A DNA stretch of 64,000 bases from positions 620,001 through 684,000 of the forward strand of contig JANJGN010000188.1 in the NCBI GenBank assembly GCA_026770705.1, read 5' to 3'. Source of the DNA: Isurus oxyrinchus. Lineage: Eukaryota. The notes under the pieces are model-generated. The model made no database searches. It was not told the origin of the DNA and saw only the letters and a program-made list of their open reading frames with translations. Within the stretch, counting starts at the first letter, position 1. Each line of letters begins with the position of its first letter. The position numbers and the translations under genes were made by a program. Below are positions 22,722 to 36,689 of the stretch, one piece after another.

Positions 22722-24400
22722 AGAGAATCACAGAATTGTTACAGTGCAAAAATTAGGCCATTCGACTCATCATGTCTGCAACGGCTTTGTGAATGAGCAC
22801 TTTATCTAATGCCATTCTCCTGCCTTCTCCTCATAACAGTGAAATTATTTATTTTCGAAGGAACCCAATTCCCTCTTGAATGCATGGATTGAACCTGCCT
22901 CCACCTTCATGAAGTCCATTCCAGACCCATCCACTCACTGGTTAAAAAAGTTATTTTTTTCATATTACTTTTGTTTTGTTTTGCCAATTAGCATAAATCT
23001 GTGCTCTTTTTTATTATATTCCTTCCACCAAGTGGGACACTTTATCCCTAACCTCCCTCTCCAGTCTCCTCAGGGTTTTGGATACTTCTATCAAAGCTCC
23101 TCCCAGCTTCTTTTATCCAAAGAAAAGTGTTCCAATTTCTCCTACCTCTCTTCGTAAGTAATGAATCCAACAGCTTATTCCTTTAAACCTCTACTGCTCT
23201 CTCTCTTCAATGACATAAATCCTTCCTAAAATGTGAGCCCAGAACTGACCGTAGAACTCTAGTTGAGGTCTAAATACAGCTCAACATAACCTCCTTGGTT
23301 TTGTACTCTGTGTTCTTATTAAAAATGGCAAAGAAACTTTACACTTTATTAATTGCCCTCTCAACTTATCCTGCCACGTTCAACTAAATATACACCTATA
23401 CACCTATATCCCACTGATCCAGAACCTCCCTTGCACTTGTATGCCTTACCTTATATGGTCTTTTTACCAAAGTGTACCGGCTCACATTTTGCTACGTTGA
23501 ATTCATCTGCCACTTATAAACCAATTCCAACAACTTGTATATGTCCTTTTGCAGCTCTAAACTGCACTCCCCACAGTGTACAAGGCTTTCAAGTTTTGTA
23601 TCATCCGAAAATTTTGAAATTGTTCCCTGTGCACTAAAGTATAGATCATTAATATTTTTCAGGCGAAAGCAAGGGTGCCATGCGGACGTCTGGGGAATTC
23701 CAACACAAGCCATCCTCCAGCTTGAAAGATATGCATAAAGCATTACTATCTGCCTCCTGTCACTCAGCCAGTTTTGTAAACATGTTGCTACTGTCCCATT
23801 TTTTCCATTAGCTACATGTTTTTCCTCACTTGACTGTTGTGTGGTACTGTATTAAATGTGTTCGGGAGTCCATGTACACCAACAGTTTTGCCTTTATCGT
23901 TCCTTTGTGTTACTTTTTTAAAAGTAAGTTAGTTAGCTATGATTTCCCATTCAGAATTCTATGATGGTTTCCTTAATTAACTCGCATATGTCCACCTCTA
24001 TTAATCCTGTCGCTAATTGTACTTTCTAGAAGTTTCTGATCAGCGAATTTAAACTGACAAATCTGTCACTTAATCCCTTGATGCTTCTTTGAATAAGGGT
24101 GCATTGTTTGCAACTTTCCATTCGCTAGGACGATCCTTTTTTCTATATAAGACCGAAACTTTATAGCCAGTGCCGCTTCAATATTTACTCTCGCTTCCCT
24201 CATTTGATGACTTTCGGTGCAGCTAACCTATCCAATACTTCCTCCTTATTAACTTTTAGCCTTTTAGTGACTTTATTCCCTCCTTTTGCACTATGGCCTA
24301 GCCAGCATATTCTTCCTTCGTAAAAACAGGTGCAAAGCATTCATTTATTATCTCACATGCCCTGCTTTCCCTGCAATCCTCTTTCTGGTCCCTAAACACC
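22722..24400 (-). mobile_element. CR1 LINE, degenerate 3' ~1.7 kb
   Basis: ISKFSDDTKLESLVHCGECSLELQKDIYKLLELVYKWQM (FADD motif). Octamer tail at 22722-22745. Confidence 0.9.
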
Positions 24401-24823
24401 CCTGCTCTCCTTCCGCAGAGGAACAATTTATGATGGATCAGGGCTTAGTTGTCGATAGAAAATTTTGTCAAAAACGTGTCAGGACGTCCGCGCAGATTGG
24501 GATGTGTAACAGCAACTTAAATTCACTGCAGTGGACATTGGAAGTTTTGGGACCTTCGCTGTTTACTAAACTGGAGCTTCTTATTGCAGTTTCTGCCGTG
24601 CACCGGAGTTAAGGCCAACGCAGAGAGGGTTTACTCCACTGTTGTAACATGTTGATGACTGTTCTCCACGTACCATGAGTAGCAAGCGCGCTTCAATTGG
24701 AAGAAACAATTCTAATCCACGTTCAAAATGAGCAAACATGAAACACATGACACAAAGTGGTCAATGTTTTCGGATATTATTTAAATAAAGCAACATGTTG
24801 TCGTGGCAGCAGAAAGTGCACAA

Positions 24824-25774
24824 TCAAACCGGGAACACTGGAGAAAATTTAACTATGGTCAGAATAGGAAGAGTTTTACTTTCATTTTGCATTTTGTTTA
24901 TTAGTATCAGAATAATTGTCCAAGGAGATTTCACTATCTGCTTCAGCTCTTCCCGGAATTTAGTTTGTGTAGTGCATAAATAAACGCGTTTGTGCAGGAA
25001 CTCAAATACATGAGCATTTGTCCAGTTTGAGTGGCGATGTATGCGGGAGCTGTATAATCCGGTCGTACATGAGTGACCGCACCACTGACTAACGAACAAA
25101 CGACTGCTGTCAGCCACAACAGTATAAAATTACCCGATACAGTGAACAGTAATCTAATCGATTTCCTTCGGTTCTGCATTTCCGGATCACTGTGATTCTC
25201 GCTGCTGTGACCCCGGAACTTCTTACGGGCTCCACTGGCTACTAAAATCCGTCTGACTGTCAAACAATTAAGCAGTAATATCAAAGTGAAAGGAATCCAA
25301 GTCAATAAAATACTTTGTAGCCAAGTGAATGTTACACCAATAGGAGATGTATAAAATTCCAGGCTGGGTTGGAAACCCCAGTGAACATTGTGAACCATTC
25401 GCTTAGGGTCAAATGCAAACCAAAAAGGGATGACCTGTAAACATGAGAGGACAGAGATTGCTGTTAGAACTGTCACCGCAGTTCACACTGTGCAATACCT
25501 TGCCTTAAATTGGTGACTACAGATAGATACAAATCGGTCAAATGTGAGGGAGACTGTAAACCACACCGTTAAATACAGGTTGACATTATGAACTTGCAAA
25601 TGGGTGTAAAGGACAGGATTATAGGTGGAAAATGCTTACTAAGGATGTTATATACGAGAACATTATTGAGCATGACCAGTAAATCAGCTATTGCCATGGA
25701 CACCATATAGAAATAAAAACATTTTGAAAGGCCGCAATTTCCTCTGAAGAGAATCACCATTGTCATGAGGTTTG
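24824..25774 (-). pseudogene. GPR139/GPR142-like rhodopsin-class GPCR pseudogene, exon 2
   Basis: cccacag acceptor. ANLMTMVILFRGNCGLSKCFYFYMVSMAIADLL..., frameshift ~25580, VWFTVSLTFDRFVSIC, TGA at 25483-25485, NRRKSIRLLF, SSCTNAFIY, frameshift ~24975, TQTKFREELK. Confidence 0.92.
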
Positions 25775-27981
25775 CTGTGGGAAAAGGGGAGAGAAAGTAG
25801 GTAACATGAATGCTCACAAACATTTCACAGAATATTACAGGAAATAGTACTGTGCATTTCTACCTAGCGTTATATACACCTATTGATTTATAATATTGTA
25901 AAATGTTCATGAAATTCCTAAAATAAATAAATGAATATGCACTCTCGTGTGCTCATTTTTAAGAGCAGTATTTTTGAGATGGCCCCTAGCTGAAGCAGCG
26001 ACCGGAAACAGGTTTCTGGCGGTGGGATCTACAAATTGGATACCGGACTTCTGAGAAATGAACCTGTGCATCTAATTAGGAAGTATAAACAGATTAGGAG
26101 ATAGGATTTCATCTGTGGTCAAAAAAAGCAGAGAATAAAAAATTCAATTGCTTTTCAGCAGAGGCGATGCAGGCCCAGGCGCTCTCGCTGAATCTGTGAA
26201 TGGGAGCATTCTTAAAAGACTGAAACTGAGACAATCTGTGAGCCAACCAGGCAAGCTGAAGAGCTGGGAGTTATTTCTTTTTAACCAGAGCTGATCATAC
26301 TGTGTACCAGAGAGCCATTGAATGGTGGGGTGACAGTCCCTCTGGGAAAACTCTGCCATCAGGAGTGTTGTGACCCGAGTGAAATATGCTACACAGAAGT
26401 GTGCCTCGTTGATGATTATCATACCCGTGGAGCTTGGATGGAGTCAATTGGCTGTTGGAGGCCAATTGAGAATCAGACCCTGCGGGAAGAAGAGTAGTTG
26501 AGCACTGTTGGAGCAAGGTGGAGTTGTGAGAGACATTGAGACTGAACACAGAGCCAAATATGTGCTGAGGACTGGCCGAGAAATCCATCAGGCTTACCAT
26601 TGTTGTATCAGCTACTATAATAATAATAAACACTTTCTACAGAATACAGTTATCAATTAATTATATATTTTTGTCTATGGTTTGATTTTTTACAGTAAAT
26701 GTTAAAAGAAGTGAAATCTTGTCCATTGTTTCCTTCCATCGGAGTCCTATGAGAATTTCTTTTCCATCAGGTAATTGATTCTCAAGTGTACTGTAACACT
26801 ATGTACAGGAACTGGGACTCTGTCGTTTTCCCGGTAAGTTTCAGTCTGATGTTTTCATAGTGCTGAGAGAAGGGTCACTCGAATTCAGTTCACAGGATGG
26901 CAACGGAGAGTCGCCCCAAGCTGACTCCTACTCTCACCGACACTGATGCATTGATGCCTCAACTGGAGCTAATGTTGACTTCGGTTAATAGTGCAAAACT
27001 GGCAAAATCTGATCAACCGTCCGTCAAACATCTCTCCTGATTCCCTTCCAAAGACCATCGCCACTGGCATTGGATTGAGGCTCAATTTGCATTTAAACTG
27101 TACAGTGCAGGTCACCCGTGAGTACCTCATGGAGACTGTCCACTTACCGATAAAAAGTTTTGTAAGGGGAAAATGGGATATTTCTATAACTTGTTGTATT
27201 TAAAAGGTCAAATAATAAACAGATTTCCTGACATGTAATCTACCTGTCATCAAGCCGTTCCCATGTGAAACACTGAGTGAATTTGATAAATTGCCATTGA
27301 GGCTCCATGTTACACTAAAGAGAATTTTACAAACGGTTCCTCCTGAATATTTGGTGATGGGAATCTCGGGAAGGACATCAGGTGCCAGCGGTGTTCAATT
27401 TAATTTCCAATCCATTACAGGAAGCAATAAATTGAAATAAAATATTCAGCTGAAGAAAACAACTATCCATTTGAATTCAACACAGCACCCTTTGACTTTT
27501 TATAATCGCTCTGAAGGACCCGGTCATGAACTAAACAGGAACAGATGGATCCGCAAAGATTCTTTGCGAGGGAGGAATGAGGAGCAACTTCCTCTTCCTC
27601 AAAATATCTTCTTGTTCCCTGCTGGGTGGAGGACGCTGCAGTACTTGGACTTATCACTGTAATGTGGACAATGGGCAACAGGACATCTGAGATTGTTAAT
27701 ATAGACACTAAGCAACACATTCCTAAATGATCTATGAACTGTTGGAGTGGCGGCAATTCAAACCCCCTCTCTTTCAGGGTGAGCAGGAAAATTAAACTCC
27801 AGGTGCCCACAATCTGCTGAGCAGAACCACGGCTCCCAGGCCCTGTGAACACCTATATTTCCCGTTGATATTCAGCATTCATCCCGGTAGAAATATGACT
27901 CGGCAGTGAGACATTCCCACAATCAGCCACATAATCACTAGCAGTAAAATTCTCAGCAGGTACCAGGCAACAACGACTTAC

Positions 27982-28051
27982 CGGGAATACAAAAGGCTGC
28001 TAGAATTGGGTAGTAAATTTGCTTTACTTGTAGAATCGTTGGCATGATCAT
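27982..28051 (-). pseudogene. Exon 1 of the GPR139-like pseudogene
   Basis: MIMPTILQVKQIYYPILAAFCIP + G|gtaagt donor. Phase 1 matches the exon 2 acceptor (G+CA = Ala). Intron 25775-27981. Confidence 0.88.
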
Positions 28052-28117
28052 GTTTGTAGAAGAATGCGATAGATCTCTCAGTTTTCTGAATTGCATTAAA
28101 GATCCGTAACTGTTTTC

Positions 28118-28330
28118 CCCTTTATAGGCCAATTCATGTCGCGGTGAGGAAATCAGCTTACACAATAATTCGTGTTAGTTATAGTCACTTAACAAACAAG
28201 CGAGTAATTTTCCTCTTAGAGATCCCGGTCCGTCAATGGGGAAATTGGCCAGCTCAGTTCCAGAAACTTCGTCATTTAAATTAATGATCAGGAAGCAACC
28301 CCAGGTGGAATGTGTTCTGCGCATGCTCCC
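28118..28330 (-). promoter_or_regulatory. Putative promoter of the GPCR pseudogene
   Basis: TATAAA at 28121-28126, ~70 nt upstream of the ATG, with an adjacent ATTGG. NRF1-like TGCGCATGC at 28318-28326, and CpGs are retained locally. Confidence 0.5.
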
Positions 28331-28714
28331 CTTGAAAGTGGAAAGGAATACCCCTCTGTACAGTGTTGGATTCCTGGGGCTTCATATTATTCTTTTGCGA
28401 TCGTGACTCATCCATTGCAGAACGTAAACGTGTTATAAACTGTAATTCTTAAACTTAATCTTCCTGTCTTCTGTGCGAAACCTCGTGATGAATCGGCGTT
28501 ATTTTTGCTGACGATGATATTGCTCTGACATTAAGAATACTGGCGATGTCCGTATATTTATGCTGTTGCTATCAGTCAGCTACTACTCATTATAAACTCT
28601 AACATTAATAGTGAGAAACAAATTGGAAAATAATCCGTGCTGACTTTAATCTATCATTAGCAATGCAAACTCCACTCAAACATCGGGATGCCCTGCTCCA
28701 ACATTATTAGTTGG

Positions 28715-28858
28715 GAAATACGAGCAGAAAATGCTGGGAATGCTCAGCAGATCCTGCAGCATCAGTGGAGAGTCAATCAGAGTTAATATTTCAGGTAACG
28801 GTCAGCATTGACTTTTTCAAATTCAGGTTTCCAGCATCGCTGTATTTTGTTTTTGGAT
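28715..28858. mobile_element. Penelope-like terminal repeat fragment
   Basis: GCAGAAAATGCTGGGAATGCTCAGCAG...AGAGTTAATATTTCAGGT...TTTCCAGCATC. The same family occurs at 8213-8400, 20288-20480, 30485-30595, 37930-38080 and 50215-50425. Confidence 0.65.
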
Positions 28859-30967
28859 TATTGTTTTTCATCCTATTCCAGAATTTTCACGGTGACTCTA
28901 TTCTCGTGTTGATGGTGATATTGGCATAACATCAGTGGTGGTAACCCAGCTGTCGGGTTACAGGACAGGCTGCTGCTCAACTCTTACTCGTGATTTCCTT
29001 TCACTAACATTACCGTTGGTGAGGTTGCCGTAGCTTTTCTTACGGTGAATTTAGTATTACTGAGGAAGACCCTACTCCAGCATTAATAGTTGTGTCCGTG
29101 CAGAGAATCATTACAGTATTTCGAGCTGTAACCCTACTCTAACGTTATTTTTGAGGCCCCTACGCTATGTTATTCGTGATGAAATCACTCAAACATTGCT
29201 GGAGGTGATCCAGTGCCTCCAAGTCTTTTTCCTGTTTTGTTTTATTTCCTCCCTAAATCAGATCGCCCGATTATAAATTAAAATTCCGCATCGCCGTAAT
29301 TAATGAAGTTATATTTTAATCCATACTCTGGATAAAATGGGAAAGCCCCTATTATATGAAAGCGAGCTTCTGACAATCCTCTATTTCACACTTGGAATAT
29401 TTTTAATGCTTTGGTTAAGTATCATGACACACGTACTCTTGGGCATAACTAAAAGAAGAATAAGGAACATTCTCAGATACATTTAGGTTGTAGCTGGGCT
29501 TGGAGAGTGAAAGGGTGGCATGACCTGTCACGGAAAAAATGTTGATAGATCAGAGCAATGTAATATTAGCTCAAATTTAATGCAGGAGGAATGTTTTTAT
29601 CCTTGAATATGCACAGTTGATATTGACGTTTACACCGCACACACAAAGCGGAGCCACAAAATGAAACAGCACGTCAACCTATGGAGAATATAACTGCTTC
29701 CAATTGGCGAGACACCGCTTGTGTATCACACCAATCGACAGCGAACAAAACAGTAATAATTCACTTAAGCACAATGGATTTACGAACGACAATAGTCGTT
29801 TTAAAGAGAGCGGATAAATGTAGCTATTGAACTAAGAGCAGATGCAAGGGACAGCTGCACCTATCTGCCAATAGCTATCAGTTATCCAATATATAGCGGG
29901 TAGGAGAACAAACTCCACATGTTTCTCACTCATACACCAATTACGTAACACGTGTTTAGTTTGTTGTGAAGCAGCCATTTGTGGCATGTGACAGCGGTTA
30001 ATTCAAGGACTCTGCTCTCCACATCTTGCAACCAGGTAAAAAGGCTCCTTGTGTTTCAGAAGCGAGCGATCACTAATTCTTTCATTTAACTGTTGTTTCT
30101 TCATTCCACCTGCTATAATTCAAAGCCATTGTGAGTGGCGAGTGTCAACCGTATTTAAGTTGTGTTTGCCGCACTTGTTACTGGCTTTACAACATCGGAG
30201 GCGATGCTTGTATCAATTTCTGCGTCAATATAATTTTCATTGTCAACCCTGTAGTGACGCACGGAGCTCGTCAACAGAGAGCCCATCTTGGATAATTGTC
30301 ATTGCTTGCAAAACAGGCCTCAGCAAAGTAAGAAAACTGCTATTTCACGCCTCCCATGGTTTGTTCTGTAAACCGATCAAAAAAGAGAGGGGGTTGGTGG
30401 TGTGCGGTGTGGCGGCGGAGCGGGAGAATTCTTCATCCCTCAGAAACATACAGGAAAAGACTGGCCGCAACTGTCCTTACAGGTTAAAAAGAAACAGAGA
30501 ATCCTGGGAATACTCCGCGGGTCTGGCAGCTTCTGTGATGAGAGACAACAAAGTTAACGTTTTTAGGTCGATGGGCTTGGTCAGAACTGACAGATTTATT
30601 TCGTCTTTGTGGGGAGTGTGCCGCAAGTTTGATTGTCCAAAAATCACGCTGAGGAATTACTTACCATCACGATTAGGTTTCTAGATTGCTGGGGGCGGAT
30701 GACAGGGGTACGTGGGGAAGCTGGTGTTGCGGGAAACTTCTAGTCATGTCTTACATTGTGTGCATCTATAAAGCAAATTATTCCCTAGTGGTTGTGTATA
30801 AATAATCTGAAATAAATGATTTGGATGCACTTTATACATAAAATGTGTGCTAATCCCTCGGAGTGTGCTTGTCTTCCATTGTCCTGATTCTTAGATGTAG
30901 TGCAATCAGTTTTCTTGTCCCCAGTTATTGCGTAGTTTGGGTAACAGGGCATTAAAGCAAGGTTACC

Positions 30968-31875
30968 CATAGATTTATATAGTGGTTATAGGACAGAAGG
31001 AGGCCATTCAGCACAGTGTCTGCCTGCCGGTTCTCTGCAACAGCAACTCAGCCAGTCCCATTCCTTCGCTTTTTTCCATGTGGCCCTGAAAATATTGTGT
31101 TTTCAGCTAATTATCTACTGCAATTGAATCTGCCTCCACCACACACTCAGCCAGTAGCTTCCACACCATATCACTTGTTGCATAAAGAAGTTTATCTTCA
31201 TGTCGCCTCTGGTAATTTTTGAAATCAGTTTAGGCTTCTCAACCTCCCGCCGATGGGAGCAATTTCACCATGTTAACTATCTAGATCCCTCATGATTTTG
31301 AGTACGTCTAAAAAATCTCCCCTCAAACTTCTCTTCTCCAAGAAGAACAGCCACAGCTTCACCCATCTATCCACATATCTGAACTCTACCATCCTCGGAT
31401 TCATTCTCGTAAATCTTTTCTGAATCCTTTGCAAAACCTTCTTTTAAGTTGAACCAGTATTTTATGAACGTTGACAACTTAGTTCCTTTGGTACTCTATG
31501 CCCTGATTAATAAATCCAGTATTCGGGGCCTAGTGCTGCTTTCTCAAGCTGCCCTGACAGCTTCAATGATTTTTGCAGATACACATCCAGGTCCTTCTGC
31601 TCCTGCATTAATTAAGATTTACTCTCTTCATTTTATGTCACCCCTCCTCGTTCATTTCGCAGTCCTACACATTATCACTTCGCAGTCCTACACATTAAAA
31701 TTCACCTACTCCGAGTCTTCCCATCCCACCAGCCTATCTATATCCTCCTGAAGTCCATCATTATCACCACAAAGTTCACAATACTTCCAAGTCTTGCATC
31801 ATACTCAAATTCTGAAACTATGCCCTGCACATCCAGTATTCGGTTATTGAGATCAATCAAGAAATGCGATAGCCC
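30968..31875 (-). mobile_element. CR1 LINE 3' fragment
   Basis: CR1 3' tail (ACAGAAGGAGGCCATTCAGC) and degenerate RT C-terminal sequence. Confidence 0.8.
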
Positions 31876-32419
31876 AGCTACATACCGCCACCACAGCACA
31901 GCACCCGCAGCACACCCGCACCTCCCACCCCTCCCAACCCTCGCCCCCCGCCAGCACTTTCAGAAGTAAATATTTTTTTTTTCTGTAATCATGCTTTAAT
32001 AGTCTTGAATTCAAATATTGAGCTTTGGCATAATGAAATTCTAGCTATTCTAACGACTAACCGTTCACAACACAACATGGTTCGAAATAAACTGTTTCAG
32101 GGAACTGATCCTGTTCACTAAAAAGCATAGTTTTACTGAAATTTGGGGGCTTAAATGATTAACACAGAGCGAAAGAACGTAAGAGTCGAATTAGAAATGA
32201 TATGGCCAACTCGTTTGACTAGAACTCCTGCATCTCAAAATCTCCCACTTTATCACTGCATTTGTATCAGTCAGTGTTATTAATAACTACATCAAGTTGC
32301 ATGGAAATAGCACTTCTAAAATAGCTGATAAGAAGGACTTGTGGACTCAGCCAGAAACACCGGTTTCAAGTCCACTCCTGGGTGTGATGGCCAATAAATA
32401 TTTTTATTAATTTACAAGA

Positions 32420-33575
32420 TATTGTCTTCGCTGTATCGGCCAACATTAACTACCCATCCTTAGTTACCCTTGAGAAACTGGTGAGCTGCCTTCTTGAACC
32501 GCCACAGTCCTTGTGATGTAGGTACATCAGCAGTGTTGTTAGGAATAGCATTCCAGGATTTTGACCCAGCGACATTGAAGGAAGGGCGATATATTTCAAA
32601 GTCAGGATGGTGAGCGGCTTGGAGGGGAAAATCCAGGTAGTGCTGCTCTCATGTATCCGCTGCATTTACCATCCTATTTGGTAGCGGTCGTTTGTTTGGA
32701 CAGGGATGGCTAAGGAGCCCTTGCGAATTTCTGCATTACATCTTATAGATGTTCCACACTGCAGCTTATCTGCTTTGATGGTGCAGGGTATTAATATTTG
32801 TGGATGGGGTTCCAATCAAGCGGGCTACTTTGTATTGGATGGTGCAAATCTTATTGAGTGTTATTTGAGCTGCACTCATCCAGGAAAGCGGCGAGTATTC
32901 CATCACACCCCTGGCATAAGCATTGTTGATGGTGGGCAGGCTTTGGGGAGAAAGGAAGTGAGTTACTCGCCGCAGGATTCCTAGCCTCTGACCTGCTCTC
33001 GTAGCCACAGTAATTATATGGTTATTCGAGTTCATTTCTGTTCGTTATTAATTCCCAGGTTGCTGATAGAGTGGAATTCATTATCGTTTTGCCATTAAAT
33101 GCCAAGGTGTAATGGACAGATTCTATCTTTCTGGAGATGGTGATTGCCTAGCACTTGTGTGGCGCGACTGCTACTTGCCACTTGTTAGCTCAAACCGGGA
33201 TATTGCCCAGGTCTTTCTGCAATTGGATATGGGCTGCTTCAGTATCTGAGGAGTTGCAGATAGTGCTGAACATTGTGCAATCATCAGCAACCATCCCCAC
33301 TTCTGACATCCTGGTGGAAAGAAAGCCATTCATCAAGCAGCTGAAGATAGTTAGGCCGACAGCACGGCCGTTGGGAATTTCTGCAGTGATGTCCTGGAAC
33401 TGAAATGATTGACCTCCAACAATCATACTCATCTTCATTTGTGCGAAGAATGACTCGAATCAGCAGAGAGTTTTCCCCCTAGTTCCCATTGACCCCAATT
33501 TTGCAAGGGCTCCTTTATGCCACACTTAGTCAAATATTGCCTTGATATACAGGGCAGTCATTCCCACCTCACACG
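32420..33575 (-). mobile_element. CR1/L2-group LINE 3' part
   Basis: GMVADDCTMFSTICNSSDTEA and AGQRLGILRRVTHFLSPQSLPTINNAYARGVMEYSPLSWMSAA. Confidence 0.88.
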
Positions 33576-33599
33576 GGGAACATCACTGAAGACAAACAA

Positions 33600-35380
33600 A
33601 TCGAACTGTTCAAGCCAATGACTTTTCATTGGAACTGTTCAAAGCTACGAATGAGATTTCTTGCTTTCAGCAATAAGGTATCACACTTTCCCAAAACAAA
33701 CACCTTATGAAATCGTTTACTCACTGGCGAAATAAACCGCACTGGCATTGTATATTCGTGGAATTTCTGCAACTTAATATCTCTCCGAAAAAACATGCAA
33801 TATTCAAAGTTGTGCTTGTCTCTACTGCTGTTCGCTGGGTGAGGTGAGTGTGACTGCATTCTATATCAGAGCAGCTTTTGACCGAGTGTGCATTAAACAA
33901 CCCTACACAAATTCCAGTCATTTGGAATTCGGGGTTAAACTTGCTGCTGGATTTAGTGCTGGAGTTTTTTGAGGAAGGCATTGGGATTGTTATGAGTCTC
34001 AGAATTTAGAACATTATTCCCAACGAGCTTTCTTGCTTTAATAGTGTCAATATCTCACTTTCCCACAACAAACACTATATCTATTTTTTTTAACCATTCG
34101 CAAAATCCAACTCTGTGAGCTTGGAGTTTTCCTCTCCAATTTCTTCAACTTAACTTTTCGGTGCAATAAACACAATCTGCAAAACGTTGAAGGTTCAGTG
34201 CAGACAGCTGTGTAACAACAGTTGTCACATCACAAGCCTCAAGTGAGGAGCGAGTAGTCGGTGTCAATTTGGAGATTGGTGAAATGAAGCCAAATGGAGG
34301 CTGCTGGTCTGCTTGTGAGGGAAAGGCGCTGAATAGGGAGAATTACCAAACACGGGAATGCAAGCAAAATATTGTTGCAGTGCCTCATGTCAGATTATCA
34401 AGGCATCTGTGATAAGCATGTGTGATCCAGCTGGATATCTCAAACAGTAAAACATAAAATCTGCGGCTCTGTGGTTCGAGTCTCGGTCCAAACGCTGCCT
34501 TCTGACTGCACGTGATTTCCCCCTCTGCGCCCCTACCCCCCACCCCCGCCGTGAGGCTACTGGGAGGAAAAGGGTAAGGGATGCAGAATTCTTCAAGACA
34601 GCAGAAGAGACATTTAGTTATTCATTGCAAATAAATACTTCCTTCTGGAAATTATAGTAGATTCGATCAACTTCTAAGAATTATTTCTCGATTTCTAACT
34701 GCCCTAAATATGAAAAGAGCATCTTCATTTTCCTCTTGGTTGGCCTAGACACCATCGCAGGGAATTTGTGACAAAAGTATGACCTCATTTCACCCCACAC
34801 CTACCACCGTGGAAAGCAGTTTCTCTCCTTTTAACCTAACTTGTGGTTTAAATGGAATGGAAACTTCGATCAGATCAACCTTCATTCTTCTTTTCACAAG
34901 AGGAAATAAGCAGGAATTAGCCCTGAAAAGGAAAAAAAAAATGTGCGGGTCAAGGCGGCAATAGGTGAATCTCTCCTTCAGAGAGCCAGCACAGACAACA
35001 TGGAACAAACGTTTTGTGCTCTATCCATTCTACGGTTCTACCTTTCTATAATTATCAAACCTGAACTCTTGAAGTAACGGACTGAACTCTGAAATCCCAC
35101 TGGTCAATCAGCACTGTTCCAACTCCAAGGCCAACACACTCTTGGTGGTTCCTCTGAGTAATGCCTGTAAGAACATGAGAAACAGGAGCAGGTGTATCAT
35201 AGATTTCATGGCTTCTCATCCATGTTCTCAATCTTTCTGGTTGATCTTCTGCCTCAACTGCACCTTCCCGAGAATTCTCAATTCCCCCTGTCGTACAGCG
35301 CCATCAAAGATAAAGAATGTCTGATCAATTTCAAGCCACAGAAGAGGTGAACAATGATGTCTACTGCACAAATAATAGGC
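33600..35380. repeat. Partial duplication copy D (tRNA-Lys part of the cassette)
   Basis: 34030-35380 aligns to 44660-45960 and in part to 10180-10690. Contains an internal ~180-bp duplication (33660 vs 34030). Confidence 0.8.
34429..34494 (+). pseudogene. tRNA-Lys(TTT)-like pseudogene, very degenerate, anticodon region missing
   Basis: GCTGGATATCTCAAACAGTAAAACATAAAATCTGCGGCTCTGTGGTTCGAGTCTCGGTCCAAACG. Positionally paralogous to 45036-45096. Confidence 0.6.
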
Positions 35381-36329
35381 TACAACTCAAAACATTGTAT
35401 GAGAAAACTTGTTTCTTGGTTTTTATGCCTCCTTTAGTGGCATTAATTTGTACTCTAATTGCAGCAGCAAATACAGGACAGTTGTCTGATTATCGATTGT
35501 AATGAGTGTTAACTCAGATATGACAGCCTGGAAATTGTCGTCTTCAAATGACTTCTTTGTGTGCATGTGCACTGAGTGTTTGTGAGCCCAGTACCTGGAG
35601 AATTAAATCTCTTTGCTTTTCTACAGCCCCTTGTTTCTCACCATATGGAAAATACTCTCATTTCTCAATTGGTCCATGAAAGATATGTTCCTTGTCTATT
35701 CTCCATGCTTTTACTGATTGGCTCTCCATCTACTGTCCATTGTTTTCCCATTCCATCTCTTGTGTTCCAAATACACACACACAGCCTCAGGAAGCAGATT
35801 CTTTCGATCCATTGTATTGACTCCACAAGCACTTTTCTTGGTAGTTTACCAAATTTAGATTGCAGAATGAATCGAAACTTGAAAATGATTGTCGAATATA
35901 AATGGATTTTCTTTGTGTTTCTGTCAACAAAATCTTTATTTCCTGTTGCGGATTGGGTGACAGCAGATTCTCAATGTATAAATATTTTTAAGTAACATTG
36001 GAATGTTTGAAAATGGATTTCGTGTCTCTTGGTGTGCCAGTTCTGAATTATTATGTGTGAAACTGTGTTATCTCTCAATGCACTTGTGCGTACCTGCGTT
36101 GTGTGTAACTATATTCGGGAGTGATTGAGAAAAGAAAAGAAACAGGCAGAAAAAAATATTTCCACATCAAAACAGATTCAGACCGAATGAGGAAAATACA
36201 GATCTCTGTAACCAGCAGAATGATAAAGTACACATATTCAACACAATAAGTCAAACTCACACCAAAGAGGGTCACTTTCTGAGCGTTGTTTTGGGCGGAG
36301 ATCAGTGTGGTTTATTGATACCAAGTTAT

Positions 36330-36411
36330 GTAGTTGTGGCCAAGTGGTTAACGCGATGAACTAGAAATCCATTCGGGTATTCTCACCGAGATACGAATCC
36401 TGCCAACTGCT
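36330..36411 (+). pseudogene. tRNA-Ser(AGA) pseudogene
   Basis: GTAGTTGTGGCCAAGTGGTTAACGCGATGAACTAGAAATCCATT...GAATCCTGCCAACTGC, 82 nt, aligns to Ser-AGA. The B box is mutated (GATACGAATCC). Confidence 0.9.
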
Positions 36412-36689
36412 CAGCTTCTTTTACTTGCTCAGTTTCAAAATTTGACCAAGTTCCTTTTACAAGAACCATATCTTAGGTGGGATGATACCCCACATCTTTC
36501 AACAACAGAATTCGGTTTCCTTGTTCTTATTCATCTGCGTGTATTCACGAAATTCATGTCATGAATACAGAAAATATCAGCTAAATTAATGAGAACCACC
36601 TTTTCATCCCTCTCTCACACTGCAAAGTCACTTTACGTCGAATTATAAATGTCTTACTGTGTGCACGGGCATATGTGTGTAAGCATTTG

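Noticed and set aside
25975-26650. Possible solo LTR in the GPCR intron
   Set aside because: The composition is suggestive, but I could not define TG..CA termini or a TSD.
30049-30684. 211-aa ORF
   Set aside because: Non-ATG start, runs through a Penelope repeat fragment, and has no recognisable domain.
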